Source of the DNA: Tubiluchus corallicola
Lineage: Eukaryota; Animalia; Priapulida
Direction: 5' to 3'
Assembly (NCBI GenBank): GCA_030141605.1
Contig: JAQGDQ010000012.1
Coordinates: 62,001-126,000 of the forward strand
DNA length: 64,000 nucleotides
Below the pieces are notes generated by a model. That model worked only from the letters and a program-made list of their open reading frames with translations, made no database searches and was not told the origin of the DNA. Shown here piece by piece: positions 1 to 14,339 of this stretch. The position numbers and the translations under genes are program-made. How positions within the stretch are numbered: the first letter of the stretch is position 1; every line of letters begins with the position of its first letter.

Positions 1-656
1 CAGTTGGATTTCCTCAAACTGACCTGTCCAAGTATTCCAGTATGCTGAAGTTAAAAACTTGCAGTTAAATTTAACCGCCTGCTACGAGCTAAATAGCTTA
101 TGCTGCATTGCACATTTATTTTTGATAGTTATGCACAAAATTTTTAGAATATAGAAGAGGTTATTTTGTTTTTTATTCAATAGGCAGAGATTGCAAAACT
201 AGTGCTAAACTGTTATAAAAACATAACAATGCTAATGTGATGTGAAAGTTAGTGGTTGAAATAGGTAAAGCATTGTGTCTGCATAAAGTGACTCTTACTT
301 TAGGAAAGGGAGCTTACCCTTCCGATTTTTTCAGCTAAAACTGTAGCTACCACCAACTTTTTTTAGCCATTGTTGTGTTATTTTAGTCACAGTGTCATGT
401 CATGAAAGCAGGTTAGAGTTCAGTGCTATTCATTCACTAAGATTTTAATTACTTGATATTTTCTGTAGCCATTGTGACTATACATTAGTTTTTGCCTAAA
501 GGTTATACAAGGTCCTTATTTAGTGTGTCACCACCACATTATGAAATTCCTCCGTTATTGCAAAATTTTATGCAACTGTGGCATATGCACATTTGCACAC
601 GCTAATAATTTGCTGCATAGCTTTATTAACCTTGCTTTTTAAACTTTACTTGCCAG

Positions 657-3600
657 GCTCTTCATCAAAAACTAGTCAACTGTTACAAAACTGTTTGTAA
701 GAATGAACTTTGGAAACTACCTCTGGATGGCTACATACACTGGTTTATCACCTACCATTTATTTAAAGCTCGATTATATACTGAACTGTCTTCGGTAAGA
801 CATCATTCCTTAATAACAATTTGTGGGTTGGTTAGGAATTAAAACTATGTCATATTTAATATTACAGTAAATATTACTTAACTTGCATTAAAGACATGAT
901 AATAATGGCTTCAATTTTCAACAAAAAATTTTGAGGACCAATGTGTTACTGAGATCTACTTTAAATCTTTTCTAGTTACTTTTGAATCTGCGATTTCTTG
1001 AAGCAAAGCTGAATGTTACTGGTCCAGCTGAAGTACTTAATGATTATTTACGTTATAGCAAAGTCATCGACCATCAGGTAATATTTTTTTAACATTACAC
1101 AAATAAAAATAAATAGCTGTAAAGATGATTAAAATATTTTAAATATAATATTTTTGACACTTTGTGGAATCATTGTTAAAATTCCCGCAAAGGGAGTCGA
1201 TACATTATGCTTAAAAATTTTAAATCATCTCTGTAATCATTCATTGTTTTTTGTTTAACATTATTTTTTTAACTTTTAAAGTAACTTTCTACCATTATTA
1301 GCTAAACGAGTTTGGTAATGACTAATAATGATGAAAATCTGGCAATGCGTTTATCACCAGTGCAACAAAGAAAGTTCTAAATTACTGTCACATTATTATT
1401 AGTGCTTAGAATTTTTCTTTTAAAACTATAATAATTTCATGGTGTGTTATTTCAGTGTCCAAAAAAGAGGAAGGATTTTGAGCAATTTGTGAGTGTAAAT
1501 GCTCACTTGCTGGTGGGCTCAGATAAACCAGATGTAGTGCAACTTGCTCTTTGCCAGCCTTCATTTTCTCAAGTATATGTGCAAGCCAGAGAAATAGCCA
1601 GCACAGAACAAGGTTTTTACCTGGACTGGAAGTAAGTGTTTACCAATTTGTACTAGACCATACAGTAAGCCCTCGCTTAACGACTCCTCATTTAGCTATG
1701 TTTCGTTTTAACAACGCTGATTTTTTTTACACCTTTTATTCATTTAACAACGTATGTTTCGATTTAACGACGATTTTTTCGGCATCCAAGTGCTGAAATT
1801 TTGTTTGCTGCACACCCTATTAACAGAAACCATGATTATAACTTACCCTACTAAACAGTCAAAATCCTGCACTGATGATTCATTGCTGATCACTCACTAA
1901 TGCTATAGCACTTTCCCACATGCATAGAAATGAAATTCGTCTGATAAAAATCTCTCGTGTTAGATTACTGGGTTAATTATCACTGCCTTCACGTCGTTTG
2001 CATTTTTGTTGTTGGAAGAACAATATTTGAAATATTCCTAGGAGTGTAAATCAGAAATGGCTGGTGTTAGACATCTTCATAAACCTTTTAAAAATATGGT
2101 ATTGGTGCTAAACTTGGATTTTTAATGAAAAAAATCTAGATATAGAGCGAAATTAAGAAGTGGGACAAGATGCTGCTAACACTTTACAGTATTGAAAAGA
2201 AGTTTTAACAGAAAAAAGAAATAGTCTGTCTATGCAACAAGCGCTAGATTTTTATAAACGACAAGCATAGGAAAAAGAGAAAGAAATGGCACAAGCAGAT
2301 CAGTCAGTCTGTGCGAAAAAGAATCTAGTTTCAAATTTGAATTTCACTGCAAATTTTAGTTCTCTTTAGCTTTTAGATAAAAATTTTCAGGATTTCTGGT
2401 ATAAACATCGTAAAATGTTTGATTTGTGAGCAAACATTAATTTTTGTCCGGCAAGGCAGCTGAGAGTTTAAGTAACCAGACATTATTGATTTCTGTCTTG
2501 CATGGCAAATTGGTGAGTGTTCTTACATAAGCCAAACATTATTGATCTTTGTGTAGAGAACACAGTGAATGCTTTTACATTAGTTTCTATGGAAGACATT
2601 GTTGCACATCACGATGTTTCCCTTAACGACATATTTTGCTGGAATGCTTTAGCGTCATTAAGCGAGTACTTACTGTATTATGCATATTTGGTTTGTATTT
2701 GGCAGTTAAAGTGAGAAGATTAGCTGAGTGGTCACAGTATGTGTATTTCGGTTATTAAATAGGTGGGTGACTGCTCAAAAAACTGGTTGTTGGCAGCTTC
2801 ATATGCTGTATTCTGATGCCCATTCTTCTTATTCAAAGAGACTGTGTATATACCTTTTCTGCAGTCCTCTACATTAAGTGAGCCTCACTTTTAAGTGGTG
2901 GCTCCAGAGTGCCAAGCTAAATAAAAATGGAACTGAACTTAGCTCATATGTGATCTATTAAACAGATCTTTAAGTGAAATGTTTCTTAATTGTAACACTG
3001 AATATGTTTTGCTTCTGATGTTTTGCTATCCTTGTTTTTATTTTGTTTAAATTAATTCTTGCAGTTCAATGAGATACACTAGTTTATTTATTTCAGCAAC
3101 AAAGCCTCGGTGACTAATGACTGTCTTCTCACTGTAAAACTTCACAAGCGAGCAGTGCGTTTTGCTTTGTTTACACCAGATGGTAGTAAAGTGATATCCT
3201 GTGCAGCTGACAATGTTGCTAAGGTAAATTTTTGTTAGACACTAATGAGCAAAATCCACGAACATGAGATAAATTCTTACACTGTTCTTGTATACACTTT
3301 TCTATACATGGATGTAGACCATGAAAATATTACATATTAGAAATGTTTTCAAACAGCATGTCAGAGAATTATTTTTGATAACTGTAAGAAACTTTGCAAT
3401 AACAAATGCAAGGGTAATTGCCTTTAATTCTTTCTTAATCAAGTTTAAACTGAAGTATTGACAATTTGAAACTTGAAGCCATGAATGACAGCACTATAGG
3501 TGAGCCCTAAAATGAACCACTGATTACACACGTAATCACTTTATGAGTGAAGGCGAGAGAAATCGCTGAGTATGTGCTTGGAAATCATGGGTCAGCAATG

Positions 3601-6600
3601 CTAAGGCTGATAAGTAATTAGATGGGTTTTGGCCAGGAAAACTGTTTCTAGCTGATATGCCTTACTGCCATTCACTGAGAATGGATTTGTACACATCCGA
3701 TATGATTAAGATACCTCTGCCCATACAATGGCACATTTTAGCAGGTTATCTCTGATAATGAACTAGGTATCTTCTGTGAGGTAACCATCCTCAACTTGTA
3801 GACCCAGTCGTTGAATGCTAGGTTGTTGCTTGCTGACTGCTCAACTATATAAAAAATGTAGCACCTTTTTTTAGACAAAAGTATCAATACTGTTTAAGCC
3901 TGGGAGACTGTGAGTACAAATTTACAAAAACTGCGTACTACAAAATTGTCATAGTATGTGGATGCTTAGAATACAAATATGCTTACATCAGTGAAAAGCA
4001 GTGGATTGGGAATGGTAATTAAGACTTTCTTTAACCAGATCAGTCTTTGTCATTTACCCCAGAAAAAAAATCCACACAAATTACTTTTTGTGTTTGTTTT
4101 ATTTTTGGGACACTGTTTGGTTAAAAATTGGAAAATGCAATAAACGGCACAGTAAATAGTGAAATAGATGAAATGCTGTTAATTGCTGGAAATTCCTTGA
4201 AATGCTAGCAATTCTCTTACCTTTATTATATGATAATTGGTATTTTTCAGCTGTGGGATGCACATGCTGGCCAAGAGTTAGCCATTTTCAAAGGACACAA
4301 GGATGATGTCCACTGTTGTGCACTATCCCGTACTGGCCAATTGCTAGTCACATGCTCAGCTGATAAAACATTGAAGATGTGGGCAATAGATGAAGAACTG
4401 CTGAAGAAAGTTGCAGTGGAATTATCAGAATCTCCCCCTATTAATGCAAGTGGGTGAAGCTAAGTTTTGTAATCTCACATTTATTAATCATTTATGTCAC
4501 ATACACACATATTACTCACATATTGCATCTCATTAATTTACTAACATATTACAACATCTATGTTTTGGCTTTACATGCAAAAATGTGAATATGTTGTATG
4601 TGCCATTCTTCAGTGCAAATTTTATCTCAAATTTTATAGTCGAGTGTAATTACAGTTACATTACAATTTGTACTTATTTTTTATAGAAAAGAAAGAAACG
4701 TCACCTAATTTGCGAGATGCAAGTACACACCCCATGTTTTTAGAAGATTCTAGTTCAGCTGATTTTGATCTAGATGCAGATACTTCAAGACATACGTTAC
4801 ATGGTTAGTGCTTGCATTTTCAAGCTTTATGTACTTTACATAAGTTATATTTGGTTATATAAGTTATAAGTTATATACTGACTACTAAATTGCTCAATTA
4901 CCTAGTAGAGATGGCACATTAAATAAACAAAGCAAATGCTGGAAAACTGAGTCGCCAAGCAGGAGAGTTATTTTTGCTAATTAAGGTATAAAACTTATTA
5001 GAGAAGTACCTATATCTATTTATTTCTTTTGATACTTTTAAAACCAAATAATAGTTTAATTTATCAAATTAGAGTTTCACTAGATGCCAATTTACTAGTG
5101 ACCATATCTGTGCACTTCTTTTGATACTTTTAATCTTAAAACCAAATAAAAGTTCAGTTAATCAAATTAGACTTTCAATAGTAGTAGTTTGCTATGCCAT
5201 TGAGTGCCTGTGTTCTTTTGGGGAATTTCAACCAAGTTTGAAATTAGATGAGTTTAAGTGATTTATTTTTTAGATGCAACCAACAGCAGGCAATCTCAAA
5301 TACTGCCACAGTAAACTTTCATTTCTCTGTGGTAGTTATTACATGCTGCAAAAAGTTTAGCCTTTAACAAAATACATAGGGCTTACCATTTAAGATTTCA
5401 CTTTTTTACTACACCAATAGCTGCACTTAATTTTTAAACTACATTTAAAATAAATAATGGTTGTTACTTATTTTACTATTTTGGTTTTTAAATTTTAATA
5501 AAGATATTACAGTCATGCCTCCGTTGTAAAGCGTATCCGTACTCATACAAATCGGTTTTCGACCAGAAAATTCGAGCTGAAATTGTCTCTGTTCTCGACC
5601 AGAATTTCGGTACTCGGACCAACCGCCAAACACTTGATGAACGCATACGCGGCACGGCGAGCCGAGCGTAACCGACCGCGCCCGAGAGTAGTCACGCACA
5701 ACATTTGAATCGCCTAACATTGATTTCCCTGATGTTGTTTTGGAAGGGGACTCCCCTTCTAAGCAGTAACTTGCTCACCCCCACCCCACCCACTTAGCCT
5801 ACATATGCCATCACACTGCTACCAACATGTAAAATTTCTTCATGCAGGAATTTTTATATTGTGTTAATTAATGTTTTCCTTTCTAATTCCATTTTGTTTT
5901 TCTTATCTATTATATCATATCTACTGTTTGAATAAACATTTTTGCATGTATTTCGTTTTAGTGATACTTTACAGTTCATTTGATGCTTGAGAATGGATTA
6001 TTTGCTTTTTCATTATTTCTTGTGGGAATAAATGATTTGGTACTCAACCAAATCAGCTTTCAAACACTTTTTAGGAACGAATTATGGTCTAAAACAGAGG
6101 TACTACTGTATTGTGAACAGGCTCCTAATTTAGAGAACATTATAGAAGTGCTAAGCACCACCATTATTAAGTATTTTATTTGTCCGAGGTCACTTGTGGT
6201 CACTAACTGAATACGGATTAACACATTTCATGTAACAGTCAGATATTAATTTGGCTTTATTTAGTAATAGTCAGTTATTCAATAATTACTTCTTCTTTGA
6301 TGTAGGATGTAAATGCATTAGAATGTGGCTAAAACACCTTTGCCAAATTGCTAGTTCATTAGCTGATCACAAATAATTATTCGTGGTAATAAGTGGGGTT
6401 TCCATCCCACCGTAACCATGTACGTCAAATAATGACTCTGCCATTAAGTGATTGATACCAGCTTTTTGTCCAATAGTATAAAAAATATATTTGCATTCTG
6501 TTTGATTGTATTTGGTTGTTCATGTATTTTAGGTCATCTTGGAGAGATAATGTTCTGTGATATTTCTCATGATGATAGATTAATTGTTTCTTGTGGTATG

Positions 6601-9600
6601 GATAGTCTACTAAAGCTATGGGACATTCAAAGCTTAAAGGAGATTGCAACTTTGGAAGGTTAGTGAAGGTTACTTTTTTATGTCGATTTCCTTGATAACT
6701 TAATCGCATAATTTCGTGCCAATGAATTTATATGACTGCAAAGATTTAGCTTTCAAATTATGGAGCAGACTTTTAGCCAGCTATCTTTTTTCCAGCTTGT
6801 TTATGTTGTATGACTCAATTATATTAGTTGTTGTTTAACTACAGCTAGTTAGATATATACATCTAGTTCTATAGATATTACTCTGCATAAAAGGATAAAA
6901 TTAAATAAGACAGAGTGCTTTGCATGTTTTCAGCATTTGTTACTAAAATAATTGAAAGTGAAGATGATTATGGCAACAAATTTCTACCTTTGGACGTTTT
7001 TTGCAGTTATTTTTGTAAACAAGCCATTAATTGCCTGAAATGGATGGCAATTTTTGTGTTTTTTCTGCAAGAGAAGTAACTTAATTTTTCTCCGCACAAA
7101 TAAAAAAGAATTCTCACTTTTTTATAATTGCCAGGTCACACAGCTACTGTCAATAGATGTTTGTTCTTTCCTGATGATAAACACGTCATTTCTTGTTCTA
7201 ATGATGTCACTGTGATTGTATGGGAAGTTGCTACCAAGAGCGTGGTTCTCAAGTATGAAGAACATGGATTAAGCGTCAGTTCTGTAGACGTTTCATCTAA
7301 TGGAGAGCTTGTGGCATCAAGTGGAGACGGAGATATTCATGTATGTAATTCAAATTTCATTAGTAATGTGAGTTTTTTTGTACTCATTGGTATTTTAATC
7401 TGCCAACCCAGATTCAGCACTCAGGAGCAGGGCTTCTTAATACAATGGTTGTTGCAGGACTAGAACCTAGCTCATTACAAGATAATCATCTCATGGTGAA
7501 ATACTAAACTGATAAAGGTGTCCTAGCCACCTCTGTCCTATGTGCATATAAATTCTTCCTCACTGAGGCAAATAACTGGTGGCAGAGAAAAAAGAGAAAC
7601 CACCTTGAAACATTTTCCTGCATATCAGTCATCCAATTATTGACAGTTTTGCTTAACTTCGACTGGTAGGTTTATGCATTACAATTTTACCCTGAGTGCA
7701 AATTGTGCAAATTTTTTATCATTTCTATGCTTAAAATGTAACACAAAATTTTAGAATAAAAAATGTTTCATCATTAGTAGTGACTATAGATCTGAAATCG
7801 AATTAATGGTATATTTTGAGTAAGGTAAAGATTGAACTGGCTTCATGCATTGTGCTGTTTCACTTGTGCACTTGCTGAGAAACTTATGAAGATTTTATCC
7901 TCTGCTTTTACTCACAATGAAAATTTGTGAAAGCAAATGGCATAATTTAAAAAACTCAAAAAGTAAAAATAGCTTTATTTCCAAAATGTCAAAAAATGGC
8001 TTTTAAGTGAACAAGTGTTTCTATTGTTCAAAGAATTTACTTTTTTGTGGTAGCACCATTATACTAGTAAATATAAAGTGAATTCTTTCAAAAATCTATT
8101 AATCCAAATCAAATCATCTCGGTTGTTTTTTTATGGAAATGATATAGATCCATATTAAATTATTTTGTACCTCCGAAGTTTGAATCAGTGTCTTTCATTA
8201 GCTTTATACACTTTAGATTTGGAAAGCATTGAGTGGAGAAGTGATGCAGAAGTGTTACACGAGATCTGGGAATGCCGTTTTGTGTTGCAAATTTTCTCCG
8301 GACAATTTTCTTGTTGCTGGTGGTCTTTCAAATTATTCTGTTGTGGTAAATTTGCTTAAATTTATTTTCCACTTACGTAATTTCATGTCTTGCTGACTTA
8401 ATCTGTTGATGTTTTTTACCAGCTCTCATGTGTAAAACAGTAGATTTTATATCCTTGGAGTTTTTTTAGACCTGTTTTCACTTATTTGTGATTTGTGTAT
8501 TGCTTTTCCATTTTGAAATGTTTGATTTTTTATGCAGTTTATAGTAGCAATACAGCCATACAGTAATTCAGGTATACAGGCAAATTCTACTTATTTATTA
8601 TTTGGCCATTCGGTTAATAGTTCTTCCAGATTTGAGTATTGTGATTTATTTGTCATTAAATTAAATCTTGTCATTTAGTTTTTATGTGCTTCAGTTGTTT
8701 TTGCAGCCCAATGTTGTTTGTTTAATACTAATTCTAAATTAATTCAGAAACACACTGATTATTACTAATATTAATGGACATACTAAATGATCATGTAATA
8801 CTGTTATAATGCCATCGCTTAAACTAGTCTAATAGTACTGTTGTAGTGTGTAAATTCTCATGTGTAAAAACAAAAAACAAAAATATGAAAGAGTGTAGTT
8901 AAATTTTGTTTGATAATACATATTTTTCATTTTCCAGCTGTGGAGTACAACCACTGCAGCTGTTGTAGCTGTTTATAAAGGTCATACAGGATGGGTGTAC
9001 TCGTTAAACTTTTCCACAAGTGGCACACGTTTACTGTCTGCATCAGATGATGAAACTGTGATGGTATGGAAACCATGTGTCTATGATATTATTTGCACGT
9101 TTTTTTCTATAGCTTTCTTACATAATTATTTAGCCTGAGTAATAGGAGATATTTCACCTGAGATAAGCATGGTTCTCAAATGTGTTGCATTTTCTGTTTT
9201 GGTCAATTTATTTCACTGCACATTTTGCTGCCGAAAATCTGCTTACCAAACAGTTAAAAAAATCATCAACCGTTGACGTCACCAAGTGACAATAGTATAG
9301 TATTTTGACAAATCAGCTTTATAGTGAGTAACAACAGTACGGTTTTCAGGTGATCCAATAATTGTTTTGGATGGCTGTTTCATCCTATTTTCTGCTGTGG
9401 ATCACTTATAGTTGTAATCATTATGGTGCTTTTTTAACACAACCTTGTTGAGTATCATTAGAGCACACAGTTTTTTCAGATTTGGAAAGTTGGTTCCACT
9501 AACGATGAAAAAAGTCTATGTCTGAAGCGAGATTACTCAGTAAACTTTGCACCGGATAATAACATTCTACTTGTTGCACCAGACAGCAAAAATCGTTTTG

Positions 9601-12600
9601 CGGTATAAATCTGCTGTATATAATAAATTAATATCTGTCTTAATAATTGTCTTAATTTTGTATTCCGAATGGTCTGACGAGACAACGTATTCATAGTGCC
9701 ATTCCGTGGATACATTTCACTCTACATCTTTAAGTTTGTGAACTATAATAATCTAGCACACAGCTGAGGGTCTGGTTTCGTTATACTGCTCAGTTCAAAA
9801 ATGATGTTCAAAGGAGCTTGAAATAAGTGACAATAATGATTTTTTTACTCTGTCAGAAAATGTGATTATTAATTTCCATCAAAATCATTGTTTGACTTTA
9901 CCATTACTATTTATCAATATTTAAAATCGGATTTGTAGTTCCTGTTAGTTTAAATTGGTAGATTTAGGTTATAAAATTTGTCTGAATAAAATCAGATTGT
10001 ACTTATTATTTTCTGTGACCATATATAAATGAATGTATTCCCATTGGATATTTCTAAAATAAACTGAAAATATTATTTTTATGTTAGTAAGTTTTTATCC
10101 TATGCAAACAAGTTGCACAAATTGTGCTTACTTGTTAAATTTTGTTTTAATTTTGATGAAAGTGTGTTATCATTTTAGGTTATTTATTAAAATGCAAGCA
10201 TCCAGGGGTTAATGATGACTTTGACACTTTTTTCAGTTGTTTGCTGTTTTTATACATTATAGCCAATATCATATTGTACAAACTGTTTAACAACATCCAT
10301 TTTTCATCTATATAGGTGTTGTCTGGGAAGGAGGGTGAAGTACAGCATTTAACCTCCATCGAAACCTCGAGAATTCGTTGCTGCGCGGTTGCTTCATCTT
10401 GGGATTTCGTTGCTTTTGGTTGTGATAGTGGAGTAGTAAAGGTATAACATTTAATTCGAAAATTACATCTTTCGATGCCTTGTAGTGGGGTTCATAGCCG
10501 TGCATGCAGTTTATAAAAACTAATTACAAATTGTGTGTGTCGTGAAATTTTTGTTAGTTGTATATACATTTGTGGCGTAATTCTGTGATGCCTGAATCTT
10601 TAAATAAACGTAATGTTTGTAGAATGTGGAAACAGCTTATGCAGCAAGCATTCTGCTTGTGAGCAAGTTCTGCATTTGTTCTAAGACTCAGGAGAGTTTT
10701 GGTTTCAACGTAATGCACTCTTATTTATCTATATCCAAAAATGAAGTCTGTTTCATAGGTAATATTGTGTATGTGAAGTCTTGCAGCAACTGCGCCAGTA
10801 TTGAACAGATGCATCATTGCTAAGTGAAGAGACATTTATATTTAAGCCTTCTGAATACTCTGCACTTAGTGTAGCTCTTATCAATACTTGTGGTTTATCG
10901 AACTGATACGAAAAATGATGTTTGAGAGACATAGTCTTTCGTGATGAATGACAGATGGTGTTTGACAAAACATTACGGCTAGTATTAGTTTAGCTCTGAC
11001 TTTTCTGTTCATTTTGTTTCAATTAATTGTTTGATATTTTTTGTTAGTTGTTGCGTTTAGAAAACAGGGCTGCCGTTACCAGCAGTTTAAGAGAACTAGA
11101 GGGCCATACTGGATCAGTACGTTGTTGTAGCTTCGGTTCACACCTATCCATTCTGGTCACTTGCTCGGATGATTGCACTTTGAGGGTAACTGTTTAGATT
11201 GCTGTTTAAAGATTAATTATCTTATTAAAGGTCTCATTTCTAGTCAAACAGGACTTCTGAAACACCAGGACAAATTTCCAAACTTAGATATCACTAGCTT
11301 TGTTTACTATTTAAATGAGTGAGAATGGTAAAATTTGTGATTAGGCAAATTTTATTATTCTTAATTAAACATCCTTCTAATTAAAATTAGAATTTAAATT
11401 TTTAGAATGAGGTGTTTACTGGTCATTTGTTCGGCTGTATAACTAGCAGCGTAAGGATTGCTTATAATTGCTAATGATATTTTCTAATTTCATTGCAAAG
11501 ATTAATTTAATAACATAAACGTCAGAATAAATTATTCTCGATTTTTGGTTACTTCATCTTTGTAGGGTGATGTTACTCTTTACAGTTTGACTTTATTCAC
11601 TTATTTGGCATTTAGATATGGCCATTAATAAGTGCATCTGGAGATCAAGCATCAGTTTTGTGCAATGGTCATTCGGATTCTGTATGGAGAGTAAAGCTAT
11701 TTAACCAAGATTCCCGAATTCTGTCCTGTTCTCATGACGGATCGATACGCGTTTGTATTTTTATCATTTAATTTTCATTTATTAATTAATCAATTAACTG
11801 GCAGTTAACTCATTCAAAAAACTTTTTAACTGTGATGCATCACCTCTCTCTGCAACAAATATACCATAAGGTTAATTGCTCTTTATCATAATGTATATGG
11901 TTTATTAATTATGACTAATCACAGTTAAAACGACTTGCCTAACCTGTGTTTGCCTAGTCTATTGTACTTTTTAAAGAAAATTCATCCATTGTATTATCCT
12001 TACCTTTCCTTTATCTCATTACCTTTGGAACTTTTTTCATATGTCTTCTAGTGTCTGATTCTTTACACGACTGTTTTATTAAATATAGCAAACTTATAAG
12101 CTTTACACAACTGTTTTATTAAATATAGCAAACTTATAAGCTTAGTAAAGTCCACTGGAGGACAGTTACATTTAATGTACTACAAAAATGTGTATGTTCC
12201 TTAGTGTTAATGAAATATTCAGAATTGGTACTTTAAATATGGAAAGCTAATAATAATAAAAGAAAATGTGAACTTAAAAAATACTGGGATACGCCATAAC
12301 TGTATGATGATATAGGCACTTGTGATTGCAATGATACATTTTTGTGCCTGTGTGCTAAATATCGTTGGTCCATTTTTTCTAGTTATCGATTATTTTACCT
12401 ATTATAGTGGTGATTTATTTTAGGTATGGAATTCATCATCGGGTGAACAATTATTAAGATGTACTGGTCATCAGGAATGGGTGCTTGCCTGTGATGTATC
12501 CTTCGATGAAAAACACTTTATATCAGCTTCAGTAGATAGAACACTAAAGGTGCAAAAGTTTTGTTTATCTAATTATGGTTTAAGTACAGCTATGTACTAT

Positions 12601-14064
12601 CACAGTTATTATCATGTTACTGTTTAGCTGAATTGTATATAGCTAAATGGATATTGATACTTTTTACATTATCAGAACTGGAAAAAATAGTTCAAAAAAT
12701 GTCTCCTTTGTTCTTTACTGGAGGTATAGATTGCTAAGTTCTGCAAAAAGAAATAGTATTTACATTACAAAACTCATATCTCCCATGTCTGGTTAGTACT
12801 GATTTCTCTACAATTAAGAAAAATCCACATTGACTAGTAGTCATTTTTACAACTTTGGCTACTTAAAACACCCTAGTACTTGGTCGTTCATTATTAAATA
12901 TTGAAGAGTGATTGTAAATTTATAGCATAAAATGAAGCTCGAGTAAGAGTATAATAAGTAATAACATTGGCATTTAATTTAGCTATGGAACACTGCTGAT
13001 GGGAAGCTGATACACGTATTCACTGGTCACTCTGATTGTGTACGCAGCTGTGAATTTTCGGCCGATGGACAGTTTCTAGTATCTGGAGATGACCAGGGCT
13101 TTATCTTCATTTGGCTTGTAAAACAAGGCTGTCTAAAAAGTATGGGTAATCCTGTCTTATGTTTGGGTAATATTAAAGCACGTGATTCATGTTGAAATAA
13201 ATAACTTTTGTTTAAAAATGTTTTTCACTAAAATTGTTATTAACAAAAATATTTTTTGGTACAGCGATTAACATCAGAAAATTCGAATTTGTATTCCAAC
13301 ATCATCTTGTGTTCTCTTGTTAAACATTTTTTGAAATTTTTAATTAAGCGTTAACTTCAATAAATTTAGTAATATTATTGTACTAATATTAATATTCAGT
13401 CTTAGAATTGTAATTGTTATCTGCTAAAATTGTCTACAACTAATAATAAATGCAAAGTTTTGTTTTCTGACTTCAATTGCCAATTTGAAGTTGATTAATT
13501 GGAGTGTTGCTTGTTTGATCTGTTTAGCTTATATGGTATTCTAGTATTTAGCAAGTACCACTCTTAATGTTTTTGCACAATTCTAACTGATTTACTTTCA
13601 CCTTATGTACATTTTTGCATCGTACAGAATTTATATATATATGAATTCGGGAAATGGAATAATAGCAAAAATGCTGGTTTTCAGTACAAGAAATTGTATC
13701 CAAATTATTTTTTATTCTAGGTGTTTTGTCAAGACACAATAGCTGGGTAACAGATGTGCATTTCTCAAAGGATGGTAGCAAGTTAGTATCAGCGTCGGAT
13801 AGTTTAAAGTTTTGGGACAGTGATGGCACATTGTTACAAACATTTCACATTAGAGGTAGTTTTGTGAAGTATGTTACTGCTTCTTCAGATTTCAAGACAT
13901 TCGTCAGTGTAGACAGTGCTGGAATCTTGTATATCTTGAACCAAATTGAGGATAGCGAATCACCATCAGACATCAATGGCCAAGGTGAATCTTTGAAGGG
14001 TTTTAAGTTGACTGTTCCACAGCAGTCAAAATGTCCAGCCTTTTTACCTGCAACTGATCCATAG
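657..14064 (+). CDS. APAF1: Apoptotic protease-activating factor 1, 5'-partial (helical domain 2 + WD40 propellers), 17 exons, about 866 aa in window
   Basis: GT-AG exons in one continuous frame: 657-794, 976-1077, 1456-1631, 3097-3223, 4251-4449, 4687-4803, 6533-6658, 7135-7340, 8217-8345, 8938-9063, 9480-9602, 10316-10441, 11048-11185, 11616-11750, 12424-12549, 12983-13145, 13721-14064 (2601 nt incl. TAG). Peptides FLEAKLNVTGPAEVLNDY, FEQFVSVNAHLL..PDVVQLALCQP..SQVY..FYLDW and DFKTFVSVDSAGILYIL match recalled vertebrate APAF1 (WIKAKTELVGPAHLIHEF; FQEFLSLNGHLL..PNIVQLGLCEP; DFKTYVTVDNLGILYIL). CARD/NB-ARC exons would lie upstream of the window. Confidence 0.93.
1663..2675. mobile_element. 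Tigger/pogo-like non-autonomous DNA transposon (family A) in an APAF1 intron
   Basis: TA|CAGTAAGCCCTCGCTTAACGAC ... GTCATTAAGCGAGTACTTACTG|TA: imperfect TIRs with TA target duplication. Termini shared with the copies at 37100-38462 and 50713-51284. Confidence 0.8.
5510..6108 (+). mobile_element. Tigger-like MITE (family D) retaining the transposase C-terminal tail
   Basis: TA|CAGTCATGCCTCCGTT ... AACAGAGGTACTACTG|TA. CpG-rich interior. About 5725-5769 reads FPDVVLEGDSPSKQ*, resembling recalled Tigger-like transposase C-termini. Confidence 0.75.
12061..12143. repeat. 40-bp tandem duplication
   Basis: CTTTACACRACTGTTTTATTAAATATAGCAAACTTATAAG twice, one mismatch. Confidence 0.9.
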
Positions 14065-14339
14065 AATCTTTTTACGCGTTAACGTTCTGAGGTAAAACAT
14101 TGACATGTTGTTTTTTTTATGTAATCTCAGTCTGTTTTGTAGTGTGCTTTTACCCAGTTCTTTAATTTGGTATACTGGTATTTGGTAATTTTGTAACTAT
14201 ACTACAAGCTAGTTTTGGTTAACACTGAAATTCATTTTTTTCTCGACCTTCATTTTGCCCCCTGGTGGGGTTGCAGGTTAATCATTCTCGTTGTAACTTT
14301 TTATTTCATTTGACTCGCCTCGAGATCTTTCATTTGATA

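Noticed and set aside
7410-7540. tRNA gene or tRNA-derived SINE head on the minus strand (B-box-like GGTTCTAGTCC)
   Set aside because: No cloverleaf can be formed and the A/B box spacing is unconvincing; at best a decayed SINE.
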